A stretch of 64,000 nt of DNA from Thermoplasmata archaeon (lineage in GTDB: Archaea > Thermoplasmatota > Thermoplasmata > Lutacidiplasmatales > UBA184), in contig JASHPY010000077.1 in the NCBI GenBank assembly GCA_030037855.1, positions 2,035 through 66,034 on the forward strand. Direction: 5' to 3'. The notes beneath the pieces were generated by a model. That model did no database searches. It was not told where the DNA came from and saw only the letters and a list, made by a program, of their open reading frames with translations. Positions 9,973 through 20,110 of this stretch are shown here, piece after piece. The stretch's first letter is position 1. Each line of letters starts with the position of its first letter. Position numbers and translations under genes: made by a program.

Positions 9973-10195
9973 CTCCTCGCGACACGCGGGCTTCGGCATA
10001 AGCCCGTCCGAGGGTCGCCGGCCACGGCGCGCCCGCTCCCGACCGGAGCGCACGAACCGGGGGCCGGGATCGGGACCGCGGTCCCGTCGCCACGCCCGGT
10101 CGCGGTCACGGCCTCCGCCGTTTCCGACGAGGCCGCGGAGGCGGCTCGGTTCTGCCGCTCGGGACCACTCGAACGTCGCCGCCGGGCGACGGGGC

Positions 10196-10771
10196 TCACC
10201 GGCCTCCCGGCCGCCGCCGCTCTTGGGAGACCGGTCGCCCGGGTCCCAGCGACCGGAGGTTGAAGCGCATCTCATTCGAGTCCTCGAAGCCGATCCGCTC
10301 GTAGACCGGTCGACCGAACTCGGATGCGTGCAGGGTGACCCTCACGAACCCTCGGCGGCGGGCCCAGGCGAGCATATGGCGGACGAGGGAGGAGCCGACG
10401 CCTTGTCGCCGGAACGCGGGTTCCGTGTACATTGACATGATGTAGGGAGTCTCCAACCGAGAGAGCCGGCCGGGACGAGGTTGGCTCGGCTGGAGCCAGA
10501 CCGCCCCCGAGCCCGCGACGTCGCCGGCCCGCGTCTCCGCGACGAAGGCGAAGAATCGGTGGGCCGTCCGCTCCCGGTGCATCCACCACCGATAGCGCGG
10601 GCCGGCCCGAGCCAGCTCGGCGGGGCGGAACGCCCGGATATCCCTCCACATCCCCTGACGATGGCGGACGAGGAGGTCCGCGTCGCTCGCGCCCGCCGGG
10701 CGGATTCGGAACGGGGTCCGGCCGCGTCGGGAGCCGGGGCGAGGTAGGCCGCGCGCCGTCGAGCGGGTCAT
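10196..10771 (-). CDS. GNAT family N-acetyltransferase
   Basis: FRRQGVGSSLVRHMLAWARRRGF acetyltransferase core. Confidence 0.7.
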   Translation of the reverse strand: MTRSTARGLPRPGSRRGRTPFRIRPAGASDADLLVRHRQGMWRDIRAFRPAELARAGPRYRWWMHRERTAHRFFAFVAETRAGDVAGSGAVWLQPSQPRPGRLSRLETPYIMSMYTEPAFRRQGVGSSLVRHMLAWARRRGFVRVTLHASEFGRPVYERIGFEDSNEMRFNLRSLGPGRPVSQERRRPGGR

Positions 10772-10808
10772 CGAACTCCCCCTCTCGGTTCCCCACGGAT
10801 CGACGCGG

Positions 10809-11990
10809 TCAGGAGCGCTCGTTCGGGCGCGGACGCCGCCACGCGCGTCGGATCAGGAACGGGGCCACCATCGTCGTCACGATCGTGAGCGCGCCGACGA
10901 ACGGGAGGACGAACGGGCTCGTCGCGCCGATATCCGAGCCTCCCTTCGCGACCACGATCGAGAGCTCGCCGCCGGACGCGGAGAGCGTGAGCGCAGCCTG
11001 CCCGGCCTCGCGGTGCGCGATGCCCTGCTGCCGCGCCGCGAGGTAGGTCGACAGGAGCTTCATACCGAACGCGGTCGCGAGGAATGCGGCGATCGGGACG
11101 AGGTACGTTGTGAGGAGCGAGATGTCCATCAACGCGCCCATCGAGACGAAGAAGATCGCCCCGAAGAGCTCCTTCAGCGGCGCGACCAACTGGTGCGCCA
11201 CGGCCTGAGAGTCCGACTCGGCGACCAGCACCCCGGCGAGGAACGCGCCGGTCGCCACCGAGATCCCGATCAGGCTCGAGATGAGCGCCATCCCGAACGC
11301 GAGACCGACGAGCGCGAGCAGGAGCACCTGGCTCACACCCGAGCGGCGAACGCGGTCGATCAGCGGCGAGATCGTGAGCGGGCCCAGCGTGAGAACGCCC
11401 CCGACGAACACGAGCACGATCGCGACGGAGATGAGGATCGAGAGGAGCGATAGCTGGCCGGTCTGGGCGGTCGACTGGAGGATGCCGAGCACCGAGACCG
11501 TGATGACGTCCTCGACGACCGTGATCCCGAGCACGAGGCTGGTGTCCTTGGAGCCGAGCGCCCCGATCTCCTCGAGAACGCTCGAGAGGATCACGGTGCT
11601 CGTGACGGAGATCGCGAGCCCGATGAACAGGCTGTCGTACAGCGGGAAGCCGAAGGCTTCTCCGACCAGGAACCCGGCCGCGAACGTCGCGAGGGACTCG
11701 GTCAGCGCGATCACGAGCGCCTTGCGCCCGACCGCGCGGAGTCGCGAGAGCGGGTACTCGAGCCCGACCGCGAACAGAAGGAAAACGATCCCGAGCTCGG
11801 CGAGCGCGTCGAGCACGTCCGGGTAGTGGATCAGCGGCCCGGGCGGCGTGTACTGACCGATGATGATCCCGGCGACGATGTACCCGATCAAGAGCGGCTG
11901 GCGGATCCATCGGAGAAGGATCGCCATCGCGAGCGAAGTGAGGACGATGATCGCGAGGTCCTGCACGATCAGCGTCTCTACGCTCGCCAT
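10809..11990 (-). CDS. cation:proton antiporter (CPA2/KefB-like, no TrkA domain)
   Basis: About 12 TM segments. Typical N-terminus LLIGYIVAGIIIGQYTPPGPL... and LGIVFLLFAVGLE. Confidence 0.85.
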   Translation of the reverse strand: MASVETLIVQDLAIIVLTSLAMAILLRWIRQPLLIGYIVAGIIIGQYTPPGPLIHYPDVLDALAELGIVFLLFAVGLEYPLSRLRAVGRKALVIALTESLATFAAGFLVGEAFGFPLYDSLFIGLAISVTSTVILSSVLEEIGALGSKDTSLVLGITVVEDVITVSVLGILQSTAQTGQLSLLSILISVAIVLVFVGGVLTLGPLTISPLIDRVRRSGVSQVLLLALVGLAFGMALISSLIGISVATGAFLAGVLVAESDSQAVAHQLVAPLKELFGAIFFVSMGALMDISLLTTYLVPIAAFLATAFGMKLLSTYLAARQQGIAHREAGQAALTLSASGGELSIVVAKGGSDIGATSPFVLPFVGALTIVTTMVAPFLIRRAWRRPRPNERS

Positions 11991-12164
11991 GTCGCTCGCG
12001 CCCCGGAAGCACTCTCGCCATATGTCGATGCGCGGTCGCGCCGACCGGTGCCGGGGCGCCGGAGCTCACGCGAGCTCGTGGACGCGCCGACACATCCCGA
12101 ACGGCTCGCGCACGGGGGAGCCGGTCGCGACGGGCCGCGGCACCGGACCCGGGTCGCTCGATCT

Positions 12165-12632
12165 CTACGGAGAGGAAGGCGGGATCTCCGGCGTACCTCG
12201 GAAGCTGATCTCGACCCGATTCCAGCCGTTGATCCCCACGATCGCCCACGTCAGGTCGACGAGCTCCTTCTCGGTGAATTGTTTCCGCACGCGCTCGTAG
12301 AGCTCGTCCGGCACGCGACTCACGTTGACGAGCGTGACCGCATCCGTCCACTCGAGTGCCGCACGCTCCCGGTCCGAGAAGACCGGCGACTCCGCCCAGG
12401 CCCCGAGCTGGAACAACCGCTCGATCCGTTCGCCCCTCTCGAGCAGGTCGTGCGAGTGCATCTGCAGGCAGTAGGCGCATCCGTTGAGCCCCGACGCGCG
12501 CAGGCGCACCAGGTCGAGGAGCTTCGGGTCGAGGCCGCAGCGGGACAGGTAGGCGTCGAGCTGGCGGAAGGCCTGAAAGGGGGCGGGCGACGCACGGGCG
12601 AAACTCAGTCTTTCCTTCGACGGCTCGGTCAT
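12165..12632 (-). CDS. carboxymuconolactone decarboxylase / AhpD-like family protein
   Basis: AhpD-core motif LNGCAYCLQMH. Confidence 0.7.
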   Translation of the reverse strand: MTEPSKERLSFARASPAPFQAFRQLDAYLSRCGLDPKLLDLVRLRASGLNGCAYCLQMHSHDLLERGERIERLFQLGAWAESPVFSDRERAALEWTDAVTLVNVSRVPDELYERVRKQFTEKELVDLTWAIVGINGWNRVEISFRGTPEIPPSSP

Positions 12633-12897
12633 CTACTCACGGTTCCGCGGACCCGGAGGCTCGGCGGTGCTTGACGCTAGCGTGCGGAGTCGACCGAGCG
12701 TCGGGCGCCGCCGCGACGCGAGAGCGGCCGGGTTCGCGCGCCTCCGACGGGACCACCGACTCCATCAGGTTCAAGCGCCCGCAGCGCCCTCGTCCGGGAT
12801 CGTGCAGCGGCGAGAGCGGGTCACGACTCCGGCGACGCCGACCGTGCCCCCGACGCCGGTCGCCGCGTTCCGGTCTCGCGCGCCCGAGATCGTGGCG

Positions 12898-13230
12898 ATG
12901 TTCATCGGCGCGTGGAACGCGGAGACCCTCGGGGAACGGCGCCGGCTGCTGGAGGCGACCTGCAACGAACAGACCCACTTCGTCAGCTCCGCCGGCGAGC
13001 ACTGGGGGATCGGCGCCGAGCTCGAGTCGATCGCCGCGTTCCGACGTCAGTTCCCCCGCGGGCGCTGCGCCGCGCAGTTGCTCCTCGAGCACCATGGCTG
13101 GGTGCTGATCGCGTGGACGACGGAGTTCGGAGACGGGCGACCCCCGCTGCGGGGAATCGACACGGGCCACCTCGGCTCGAACGGCCGGTTCGCCCAGCTG
13201 GTCTCCTTCTCTCCTGTCCCCTACCGCTAG
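12898..13230 (+). CDS. hypothetical protein, possible NTF2/SnoaL-like fold
   Basis: C-terminal 110 aa of ORF 12667..13230. The upstream part is P/R-rich. The start may lie upstream at a GTG. Confidence 0.35.
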   Translation: MFIGAWNAETLGERRRLLEATCNEQTHFVSSAGEHWGIGAELESIAAFRRQFPRGRCAAQLLLEHHGWVLIAWTTEFGDGRPPLRGIDTGHLGSNGRFAQLVSFSPVPYR

Positions 13231-13302
13231 GCCCGTCGACTTCCGGCGCCGACCCGACGTATATGGGGACGGTCTCCCTCGGGAACCGCGGGAGGGCGCT
13301 GG

Positions 13303-14142
13303 ATGCCGGAGTCGCCGCGCGGCGCCGACTGGGCCCGGGCGGACCCGCTCCGGGGGAAGTCCGGGATCGTGACCGGGGCGGGCTTCGGGATCGGGCAGGC
13401 GATCGCCGTGCGCCTCGCCGAGCTCGGCGCGAACGTCGGCGTCGGCTACTGGAAGCACGAGGAAGGGGCGCGGTCGACCGCGGAGAGCGTCGCCGCCCAC
13501 GGAGGTCGCTCGGTGCTCCTGCCCGCCGACCTCGGCTCCGAGGACGAGGTCCGGAAGCTGGTCGCGCGGGCGGCGCGGGAACTCGGGTCGGTCGATTTCC
13601 TCGTCAACAACGCCGGGGGCCCGGGCGGCGCTGCGACGGACAACCCGATCGACCAGGCGAGCTTCGAGGACTTCAATCGGCTCCTCGCGTCGAACCTCGG
13701 TGCGGCGTTCCTCTGCAGCCGGTACGCCGCCCCGCTCATGCTGAAACGGAAGGCGGGCCGAATCGTCAACATCTCCTCGATCTGCGGGATCACGGGCGAT
13801 TGCGGACCGGCCTACTGCGCCGCCAAGGCCGGGATCCTCGGACTGACCCGCCACTCCGCGGTCGCGCTCGCTCCCTACGTTCAGGTGAACGCGATCCTGC
13901 CGGGATTCGTCGACTCCGCTCCGCACGCGTCCGACAAGGTCGAGCGGATCACTCCGGGGCGAACGATGGGCCGCCCGAGCGACGTCGCGGACCTGGTCGC
14001 GTACCTCGTCGCCGCACCCCAGCGGTTCCTGACCGGAGCCTGCATCGTCATGGACGGGAGCGTGACGAACGGCGTGATCGGCCGGATCATGGACTGGGAC
14101 GACGCGCGGGACGCCGCGGAACGGGGCGTCAGCTCTTCGTGA
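13303..14142 (+). CDS. SDR family oxidoreductase (FabG-like)
   Basis: Rossmann TGAGFGIGQAIA, NNAG, catalytic YCAAKAG. Confidence 0.85.
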   Translation: MPESPRGADWARADPLRGKSGIVTGAGFGIGQAIAVRLAELGANVGVGYWKHEEGARSTAESVAAHGGRSVLLPADLGSEDEVRKLVARAARELGSVDFLVNNAGGPGGAATDNPIDQASFEDFNRLLASNLGAAFLCSRYAAPLMLKRKAGRIVNISSICGITGDCGPAYCAAKAGILGLTRHSAVALAPYVQVNAILPGFVDSAPHASDKVERITPGRTMGRPSDVADLVAYLVAAPQRFLTGACIVMDGSVTNGVIGRIMDWDDARDAAERGVSSS

Positions 14143-14980
14143 GGCCCGCGGGCCCGGCGAGGGCGTTCAGCTCGTCGTACGTGATCGCTCCGGTGAGCAG
14201 GGTCTCGAACGATCCCCGGGCGCGGACCTCCTCGCCGATCCGTCGCAGGAGCCCGGCCGTCGCGTAGGCGGCGGCGGGTCCGAAGCTCACGCGCTTGACC
14301 CCGACCTCTTCGAGCTCAGCAAGCGTCGGAATCCCCGGGCGGACCATCACGTTCACCGGACAGCGCACGGCGGAGACGAACCGCGCGATCTCGCTCTTCT
14401 CCACGAGGCGCATGGGATACACGCAGTCGGCTCCCGCGTCCCGGTAGGCGAGAGCCCTTCGCGTCGCTTCCGCGAACCGCTCCTCGGGCGTCCCCGAGCC
14501 GAGGTAGAGGGCATCGGTGCGCGCGTTGATCACGATCGGGACCCCGAGCGACTCGCCGAGCGCCCGCACGGCTCGGATCTTTCCTTCCTGGGCGCGCGTC
14601 GGAAGGAGTCCCGAGCCGCGAGGGTCCTCGTCCTCGAGGTTGACGCCGACCGCTCCCGCGGCCACGGCCGCCCGGACGGTCGCGACCACTCCCCGCGGGG
14701 TCCGGCCGAACCCCGCGACGAGGTCCGCGCTCAACGGCACCGAGAGCTTCGACGCGATGCGCCGGATCGCCGCGACGAACTCTCGGCGGGGGATCTCTTC
14801 CCCGTCCCGGTATCCGAGGGACGTCGCGATCCCGGCGCTCGTGGTCGCGATCGCCGGGAACCCGGCCGCCTCGAAGGTCCGGGCGCTCGGGACGTCCCAG
14901 GCGTTCGGCAGGACGAGCGGGTGGGGCCCATGGTGCAGCCGACGCAGTTCCTCCGCCTGGGCATGGCGGTCGGCGACCAT
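14129..14980 (-). CDS. isocitrate lyase/PEP mutase family protein
   Basis: PEP-mutase/ICL-fold blocks LVLPNAWD, GVNLEDE, ADCVYP. Confidence 0.75.
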   Translation of the reverse strand: MVADRHAQAEELRRLHHGPHPLVLPNAWDVPSARTFEAAGFPAIATTSAGIATSLGYRDGEEIPRREFVAAIRRIASKLSVPLSADLVAGFGRTPRGVVATVRAAVAAGAVGVNLEDEDPRGSGLLPTRAQEGKIRAVRALGESLGVPIVINARTDALYLGSGTPEERFAEATRRALAYRDAGADCVYPMRLVEKSEIARFVSAVRCPVNVMVRPGIPTLAELEEVGVKRVSFGPAAAYATAGLLRRIGEEVRARGSFETLLTGAITYDELNALAGPAGLTKS

Positions 14981-15107
14981 GCGGCCGGCTGGGCTCGAAC
15001 CGCATACCGTTTGCGCCGTCGCTCGGCCGGTCCGGGCCGGCTCGCCGGCGCTCCGCCTCCGCCGGGTACCTACCGAATCGACGTCGAAAGACCCGCCGGA
15101 GAACGAG

Positions 15108-15119
15108 GGATTAACTATC
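15108..15119 (+). promoter_or_regulatory. TATA-like element (GATTAACTATCC) about 29 nt upstream of the thermopsin ATG
   Basis: The only AT patch in the divergent 160-bp intergenic region. Confidence 0.35.
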
Positions 15120-15141
15120 CGGGCGGACTCCCGCCCATGTC

Positions 15142-17718
15142 ATGTTCGCCACGCGCCGAATCGTGCTGGTGCTGGTCATCGCCGTTGCCGCGATCATGCT
15201 CGTGCCGTCCCCGGTGGCGGCCCGGACCGCTGGCGCACCGGGAGGCGCGGACGTGACGGCGGCCACGTCGACCGCCCCGGCCACCGCGGCATCCCACTCC
15301 GCGTCCCCTGCCGCAACTGCTCGAGCGGCCGAGGCCGCTGCGGCCGAGCAGCGGATGACCCGCGCGCTCGACAGCGCCGGCATCCCGGCGACCGAGCAAC
15401 TCCTTCCGAACCTCAATTCTCCGATCACGGTTCAGAACGGGCAGATCACTCCGAGCCCCACGACCGTGCCGTCGCCGATGGGGATCGCGGACTACGGGAT
15501 CCAGGACGAGGGTGGAGTGAACGTCGCGACCAACACCTACTACCAGAGCGTCGAAGGCAGCCTCACGATGAATCAGATCAGCCTCGCCTACCTCAACAGC
15601 GCGGGGCCGGACGAGTACTCGATCCAGCTCAACACGATCGCCTCGAACGTCACCCTGCTCGGGAACGCCGGCTACCAGATGTGGACGCAGAACGTGGTGT
15701 ACTACTTCCAGAGCACCCATTCGCTCCACCTGCTCGACGCGATCGTGAACTTCACGAACGTCGACTTCAACTTCACGCCGACGACCGTCATCGCCGGGAA
15801 CGGCTTCTACGACCCCGGATTCGGGTACTTCTACCCGTACGGGCCCGACCTCAACGTCCCGGAGCCGTTCACGATCAACTTCTACAACAACCTCACGGTC
15901 GTCGACGGCGACTCGGCGGTCTACTTCAACTACACGATCGACTCGCCGAACGGCTTCCAGTCGGGGTCCTACGACCTCGTCGTCTTCAACTCGCAACCGC
16001 TCACCGGACCACCGATCACCGCGGTCCAACCGCTCTACGAGATCGACGGCTTCCAGCTCAGCGGTACGGGGTACATCCCGCTCGACGCCGAGCTGATCCT
16101 GGGCGGGGACGGCGGCGGGTCGACCGCGTCGATCTTCAACATTGATGCCACGATGCGACTCTTCCTCGAGTCGCCCGGTGCCTCGACCTACCACTCGATC
16201 CCCGCGGCCTACAGCTTCGGCAGCGAGACCGGTGAGACGGTCGCCGGCATCGCGGAGTGGGCGTCCGGTGGGAAGGACCCGGAGGTGCACCTCGGCCCCG
16301 GGCCCGCCGACCTCGGACCGCTCTGGGGGGTCGTCGGAGCGCCGCCGTTGGGTCACGTCACGCAGACGATCCACGTCTCGCCCGCGAACGCGTTCGTCTT
16401 CGGGTCGGTCGGCGCGCCGTTCGACGCGGACACGTCCGCCTGGGGTCCCGTGCCGGCGTCCGGGACCGCCACCTACCTGCTGCCGCCGGGCACGTACAGC
16501 TACGACGTCCTGCTCAGCGACCACGCTCCGGTCGAGCGAACGCTCTCGGGCAATTCGGCGGTGACGGTCTCGCTCCGGACCGACCGCGCCCTCGGCGTCT
16601 ACACCCCGCTCTGGGCGTTCGGCAACTCGGAGCTCGCGGCGATCTCGCTGCCCGGGGGCACGGGCACGGAGTCGAACCCGTACATCCTCGACACCGGCGG
16701 GACCGGCGAGCTGAATCCGCTGTTCGGCCAGTTCAACGACTACGTCTTCCCGCAGTTCGCGGGGGTGTTCCTCGTGGGTACGACCGACTACGTCGCGGTC
16801 GACCACGCGCCGTCGTTCACGGTCCCCCTCTCGCTCAGCTGGGAGCTCCCGTACAACACGATCCTGCCCCCGACGAACCAGCTCCCGATCTGGTTCTACG
16901 GGACCGACCACGCGTCGCTGGTCAACTCGGCCGACATCGGTGGCTGGTGGTACTACGCGGACGTCGGCGAGTCCGAGGCGAACGTCGTCCTGTGGAACGC
17001 GACCCAGACCCTCGTCGGGGGGAACACGTTCGAGGACTCCGCGATCGCGCTCTTCACGTTCGGCGGTGGGGCGAACACGTTCTGGGGGAACGTCTTCGAG
17101 ACCTACGAGCCGCCGACGGCTCCGATCCCGGCGTACCTCCTGTACTACGGCGACCCGCTCGCGCTCGAGGAGTTCGAGTCGGGCGACCTGATCTACAACA
17201 ACGCATTCGCGACCCCGCAGACCGCCGAGAGCCCGGACTACAGCATCTACTCGTTCTACGGCGCGTACTCGCTCTGGGTCGACCAGTGGAACGTCGCGCC
17301 CCGGCCGGCCTACGTCCCCGAGTACGTGAACGGCTGGCGCCTCGCCGGGAGCATCCTCGGACTCGGATACGTCGCGGGCAACTATTGGTCGAACTACGGG
17401 ACCGCCGCGGACCCGTACGGAGTGCTGCCGTACAACAACAGCGGCGCGATCGACTTCGGCGGAGACTACCACCCGGTCGTGCCGTACGCGCTCTACACGG
17501 TCTCGTTCTTCGAGGTCGGGCTCCCGCACGGAACCGCGTGGTCGGTGACGATCGACGGGTACACGCAGACCACGACCGCCTCCGTGATCACGTTCGTGGA
17601 GCCAACCGGCGCGTACACCTTCACCGTTTCCACCGCCGGGACCGCGACGCCGCACCCGGCGAGCGGCACCGTGACCGTTCACCACCACCGGACCGGGGTC
17701 TTGGTGTTCTTCTCCTGA
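15142..17718 (+). CDS. thermopsin-like secreted peptidase (peptidase A5 family), 858 aa with C-terminal beta-rich extension
   Basis: Signal peptide MFATRRIVLVLVIAVAAIMLV. Thermopsin-like blocks recalled from Sulfolobus thermopsin (PMGIADYG, YSIQLNTIA, QMWTQNVVYY, LDAELILGGDGGGSTASIFN). Y/N/G/T-rich, with a His-rich C-terminus. Confidence 0.65.
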   Translation: MFATRRIVLVLVIAVAAIMLVPSPVAARTAGAPGGADVTAATSTAPATAASHSASPAATARAAEAAAAEQRMTRALDSAGIPATEQLLPNLNSPITVQNGQITPSPTTVPSPMGIADYGIQDEGGVNVATNTYYQSVEGSLTMNQISLAYLNSAGPDEYSIQLNTIASNVTLLGNAGYQMWTQNVVYYFQSTHSLHLLDAIVNFTNVDFNFTPTTVIAGNGFYDPGFGYFYPYGPDLNVPEPFTINFYNNLTVVDGDSAVYFNYTIDSPNGFQSGSYDLVVFNSQPLTGPPITAVQPLYEIDGFQLSGTGYIPLDAELILGGDGGGSTASIFNIDATMRLFLESPGASTYHSIPAAYSFGSETGETVAGIAEWASGGKDPEVHLGPGPADLGPLWGVVGAPPLGHVTQTIHVSPANAFVFGSVGAPFDADTSAWGPVPASGTATYLLPPGTYSYDVLLSDHAPVERTLSGNSAVTVSLRTDRALGVYTPLWAFGNSELAAISLPGGTGTESNPYILDTGGTGELNPLFGQFNDYVFPQFAGVFLVGTTDYVAVDHAPSFTVPLSLSWELPYNTILPPTNQLPIWFYGTDHASLVNSADIGGWWYYADVGESEANVVLWNATQTLVGGNTFEDSAIALFTFGGGANTFWGNVFETYEPPTAPIPAYLLYYGDPLALEEFESGDLIYNNAFATPQTAESPDYSIYSFYGAYSLWVDQWNVAPRPAYVPEYVNGWRLAGSILGLGYVAGNYWSNYGTAADPYGVLPYNNSGAIDFGGDYHPVVPYALYTVSFFEVGLPHGTAWSVTIDGYTQTTTASVITFVEPTGAYTFTVSTAGTATPHPASGTVTVHHHRTGVLVFFS

Positions 17719-17926
17719 GCACGAAACCGAGCCCCCGACGGCCGGGTCCTCCCGCGGGTCTCGGGCGCGCCTCGCGGCGCGGACCGGGCGGCGGCCGGCG
17801 CGAACGTCTCGGCGCAGGCATCGGGTGGTCAACCGAACACGGAACGCTTGCCGGCCCGGAGACGCTGTGCCCGGCGTCTGCGGGGCCGAAACCTAGATTG
17901 TGGAGAGGACCGTCGCGGACCTCCGA

Positions 17927-18478
17927 ATGACGGCCTCGGACCCGATCGTCATCGTTCCGTGCGACCCGACGTGGCCCGACGCGTTCCATCGGATCGGGAG
18001 GCGGGCCCGGGGGGCGCTCGGATCGGTGGCGCTCCGGGTGGACCACGTCGGCTCGACCTCCGTCGCCGGGCTCGATGCGAAGCCGGTCATCGATGTCCAG
18101 GTCTCGGTCGGGTCGCTGCTTCCCGAAGCGCCGTACCGGGACCCGCTCCGCGCGGACGGGTTCCGGTTCCGGCCCGAGAACCCCGACCGCACGAAGCGGT
18201 TCTTCCTCGGCCCCCCGGACGAGCCCGCGGCGCACGTGCACGTTCGGGAGCAGGGCTCGTTCGACGAGCGCCTCAACCTCCTATTCCGGGACTATCTTCG
18301 GACGAACGCGGAGTCAGCTCGGGAGTACGCGCGGACGAAACGGGAGCTCGCGAAGGAGTTCCGAGACGACCGCGAGGGGTACGTCCGCGCGAAGGAGCCG
18401 ACGGTATGGAGGATCCTGATCCGGGCGCACGACTGGGCGCAGTCGACGGGCTGGTCGCCGGGCCCCTCCGACCTCTAG
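17927..18478 (+). CDS. GrpB/UPF0157 family protein
   Basis: IVIVPCDPTWPDAF N-terminus and VDHVGSTSV motif. Start at MTASD; the tool's GTG at 17900 is an alternative. Confidence 0.7.
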   Translation: MTASDPIVIVPCDPTWPDAFHRIGRRARGALGSVALRVDHVGSTSVAGLDAKPVIDVQVSVGSLLPEAPYRDPLRADGFRFRPENPDRTKRFFLGPPDEPAAHVHVREQGSFDERLNLLFRDYLRTNAESAREYARTKRELAKEFRDDREGYVRAKEPTVWRILIRAHDWAQSTGWSPGPSDL

Positions 18479-18954
18479 CGGACACCGGCGAGCGGCGACC
18501 CGGGGCCGCGTCCCGTTCCAAGGGTCGACGGCGGCGAGTTCCGGACCTTCACCGGGAGCGGAAGGGGCACCTCCGTTCGGCTCCGGTAGCACTCGAGCTC
18601 CGGCCGCGGAGATTCGAACTCGTGGAGGTGGATCCGCTCCTCGAACTGCTCGCCGCGCCGGTGCTCCGCGAGGAGGCGTTCCCCGTCGGTCAGCTTCCGG
18701 CGGACGTGGAGGCCGCCGGGGATCGTTCCGACGTCCCCGTCGAGCTTCGCGGGGTCGTCCCGCGGGACTCGCTCCACGCACGCGAGGTACCCCTCGCCAG
18801 TCGGGAGCCGCCGGAAGCCGCCGTGGAAGCGGCGGCCATTCCGCGAGTCGTGCTTCGACTGAAGTTGCCGCATCGACCCGGCCGGACCCTCGCCGTGCAT
18901 CTCCGCCCGCGCGCGACGGACGGCGACCTCGGTCCGCTCGACGTGCCAGTCCAT
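18475..18954 (-). CDS. hypothetical protein (159 aa)
   Basis: GC3 about 88% in this frame; overlapping frames are R-rich junk. Overlaps the GrpB stop by 4 nt. Co-directional with the ferredoxin and TetR genes. Confidence 0.4.
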   Translation of the reverse strand: MDWHVERTEVAVRRARAEMHGEGPAGSMRQLQSKHDSRNGRRFHGGFRRLPTGEGYLACVERVPRDDPAKLDGDVGTIPGGLHVRRKLTDGERLLAEHRRGEQFEERIHLHEFESPRPELECYRSRTEVPLPLPVKVRNSPPSTLGTGRGPGSPLAGVR

Positions 18955-19023
18955 GGGCGCACCGGTCCCGAAGTCGGCCGACCGGGTAAGAGCCGCCCGC
19001 GGGGAGCGTGGAACGGTGGAGAG

Positions 19024-19440
19024 CTAGGGCCGGGGGCCGGTCGGGGCGGCGTCCGCTGCGGGCACCCGGGCGAGCGTGATGGCATCCTCGGGGCACGCGA
19101 CCACGCAGAGGCCGCACGCCCGACACTCCGCGGCGCGCGGGGTGCGAGAGGTCCGTCGCTCATGCCGCTTCGCCTTCAGTCGCCCGACGTAGCTGAGGGA
19201 GGCGAACTCGGCGTCGGTGAGGGTCCCGAGCTCGAAGACCGAGTAGGGGCATACCTCGACGCAGTCCTTCTTCCCCTCGCATTTCTCCCGGTCGACGACC
19301 GGGACCCATCGGGCCGCCGGCGCGCGGCACCGCTCTCCCGGCCGCGTCGGGTCCTTCGCGGCCGCGCGCGCCTTCACCGGGTCAAGGGAACCGCTCGGCA
19401 GGTCGAGTCCGGAGTCGTCGATTGCGACCGTGGTCGTCAC
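19024..19440 (-). CDS. 4Fe-4S ferredoxin-like protein
   Basis: Two cluster motifs: CEGKKDCVEVCP and CRACGLCVVACP. Its start abuts the TetR stop. Confidence 0.65.
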   Translation of the reverse strand: MTTTVAIDDSGLDLPSGSLDPVKARAAAKDPTRPGERCRAPAARWVPVVDREKCEGKKDCVEVCPYSVFELGTLTDAEFASLSYVGRLKAKRHERRTSRTPRAAECRACGLCVVACPEDAITLARVPAADAAPTGPRP

Positions 19441-20021
19441 CGATCCTTCTCCAGGAGGTAGCGCAGGGAGCGGATGAGGGTTCGGCGTGCCCGCTCCGGC
19501 TGGCCGTGCATCATCAGGTCGAGCACGGTCGCCGACAGGAGCGCGAGGATGATCCCGGCCACGGTCTTTCGATCCCCGAGCCTGCGGATCCGCCCGCGGG
19601 ACTCCAGTCTACGGAGGAACTCCTCCATCGAGCGCACATCCTGGAGGTGGTCGACCTCGAGCGTCGCCCGCACGTCGGGGTTCGTGGCCGCCTCGCCGAT
19701 CAGCTCGTGCCAGATCCCGGGGTCGACGTCGCCCGACAGTACGTCCTGGAGGGAGTCCGCGATCCCCTCCGCGACGTCCCCCCGCTCGAGCAGCCGCTCC
19801 CACGCGACGAGAACCTGCTGACGGGAGCGCGCCTGGATCTCGCCCAGGAGCTCGTTCTTCGTCCGGAAGTACAGGTAGATCGCCCCCTTGCTGACTCCGA
19901 GCTCCGCGGCGATGTCCTCCATCCTCGTGGCGCGGAACCCCTTGCGTCGGAAGACGGCCCGCGCGGCGCCGACGATCCGTTCCCTCGCCTGGACCTTGTA
20001 CTCGCGGACGACCCTCGGCAT
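19437..20021 (-). CDS. TetR/AcrR family transcriptional regulator
   Basis: N-terminal HTH ARERIVGAARAVFRRKGFRATRMEDIAAELGVSKGAIYLYF. Start at Met167 of ORF 19437..20519. Confidence 0.85.
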   Translation of the reverse strand: MPRVVREYKVQARERIVGAARAVFRRKGFRATRMEDIAAELGVSKGAIYLYFRTKNELLGEIQARSRQQVLVAWERLLERGDVAEGIADSLQDVLSGDVDPGIWHELIGEAATNPDVRATLEVDHLQDVRSMEEFLRRLESRGRIRRLGDRKTVAGIILALLSATVLDLMMHGQPERARRTLIRSLRYLLEKDR

Positions 20022-20087
20022 GCGGTCCTTCGGGGCAGCGTCCCGCGGCGTATTACGCCTTTCTCTGCCCCGGTAAACTGACCGCAA

Positions 20088-20110
20088 GACTTTATACTGA
20101 CTATAAGTCA
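20088..20110. promoter_or_regulatory. AT-rich imperfect inverted repeat (GACTTTATACTGACTATAAGTC) in the TetR/MFS divergent intergenic region
   Basis: Half-sites ACTTTATA and TATAAGT. It is the only AT island between the divergent genes, so it likely serves as TATA box plus TetR operator. Confidence 0.45.

Noticed and set aside
15115-17832. 905-aa minus-strand ORF
   Set aside because: Entirely antisense to the thermopsin-like gene and R/D/G-rich with no domain pattern. The plus-strand gene has a signal peptide and family motifs.
18560-18640. GATTCGAAC motif resembling the reverse complement of a tRNA T-loop (GTTCGAATC)
   Set aside because: Flanking bases cannot form a T-stem or acceptor stem. 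The motif lies inside a coding frame with high GC3. No tRNA-like cloverleaf can be drawn.
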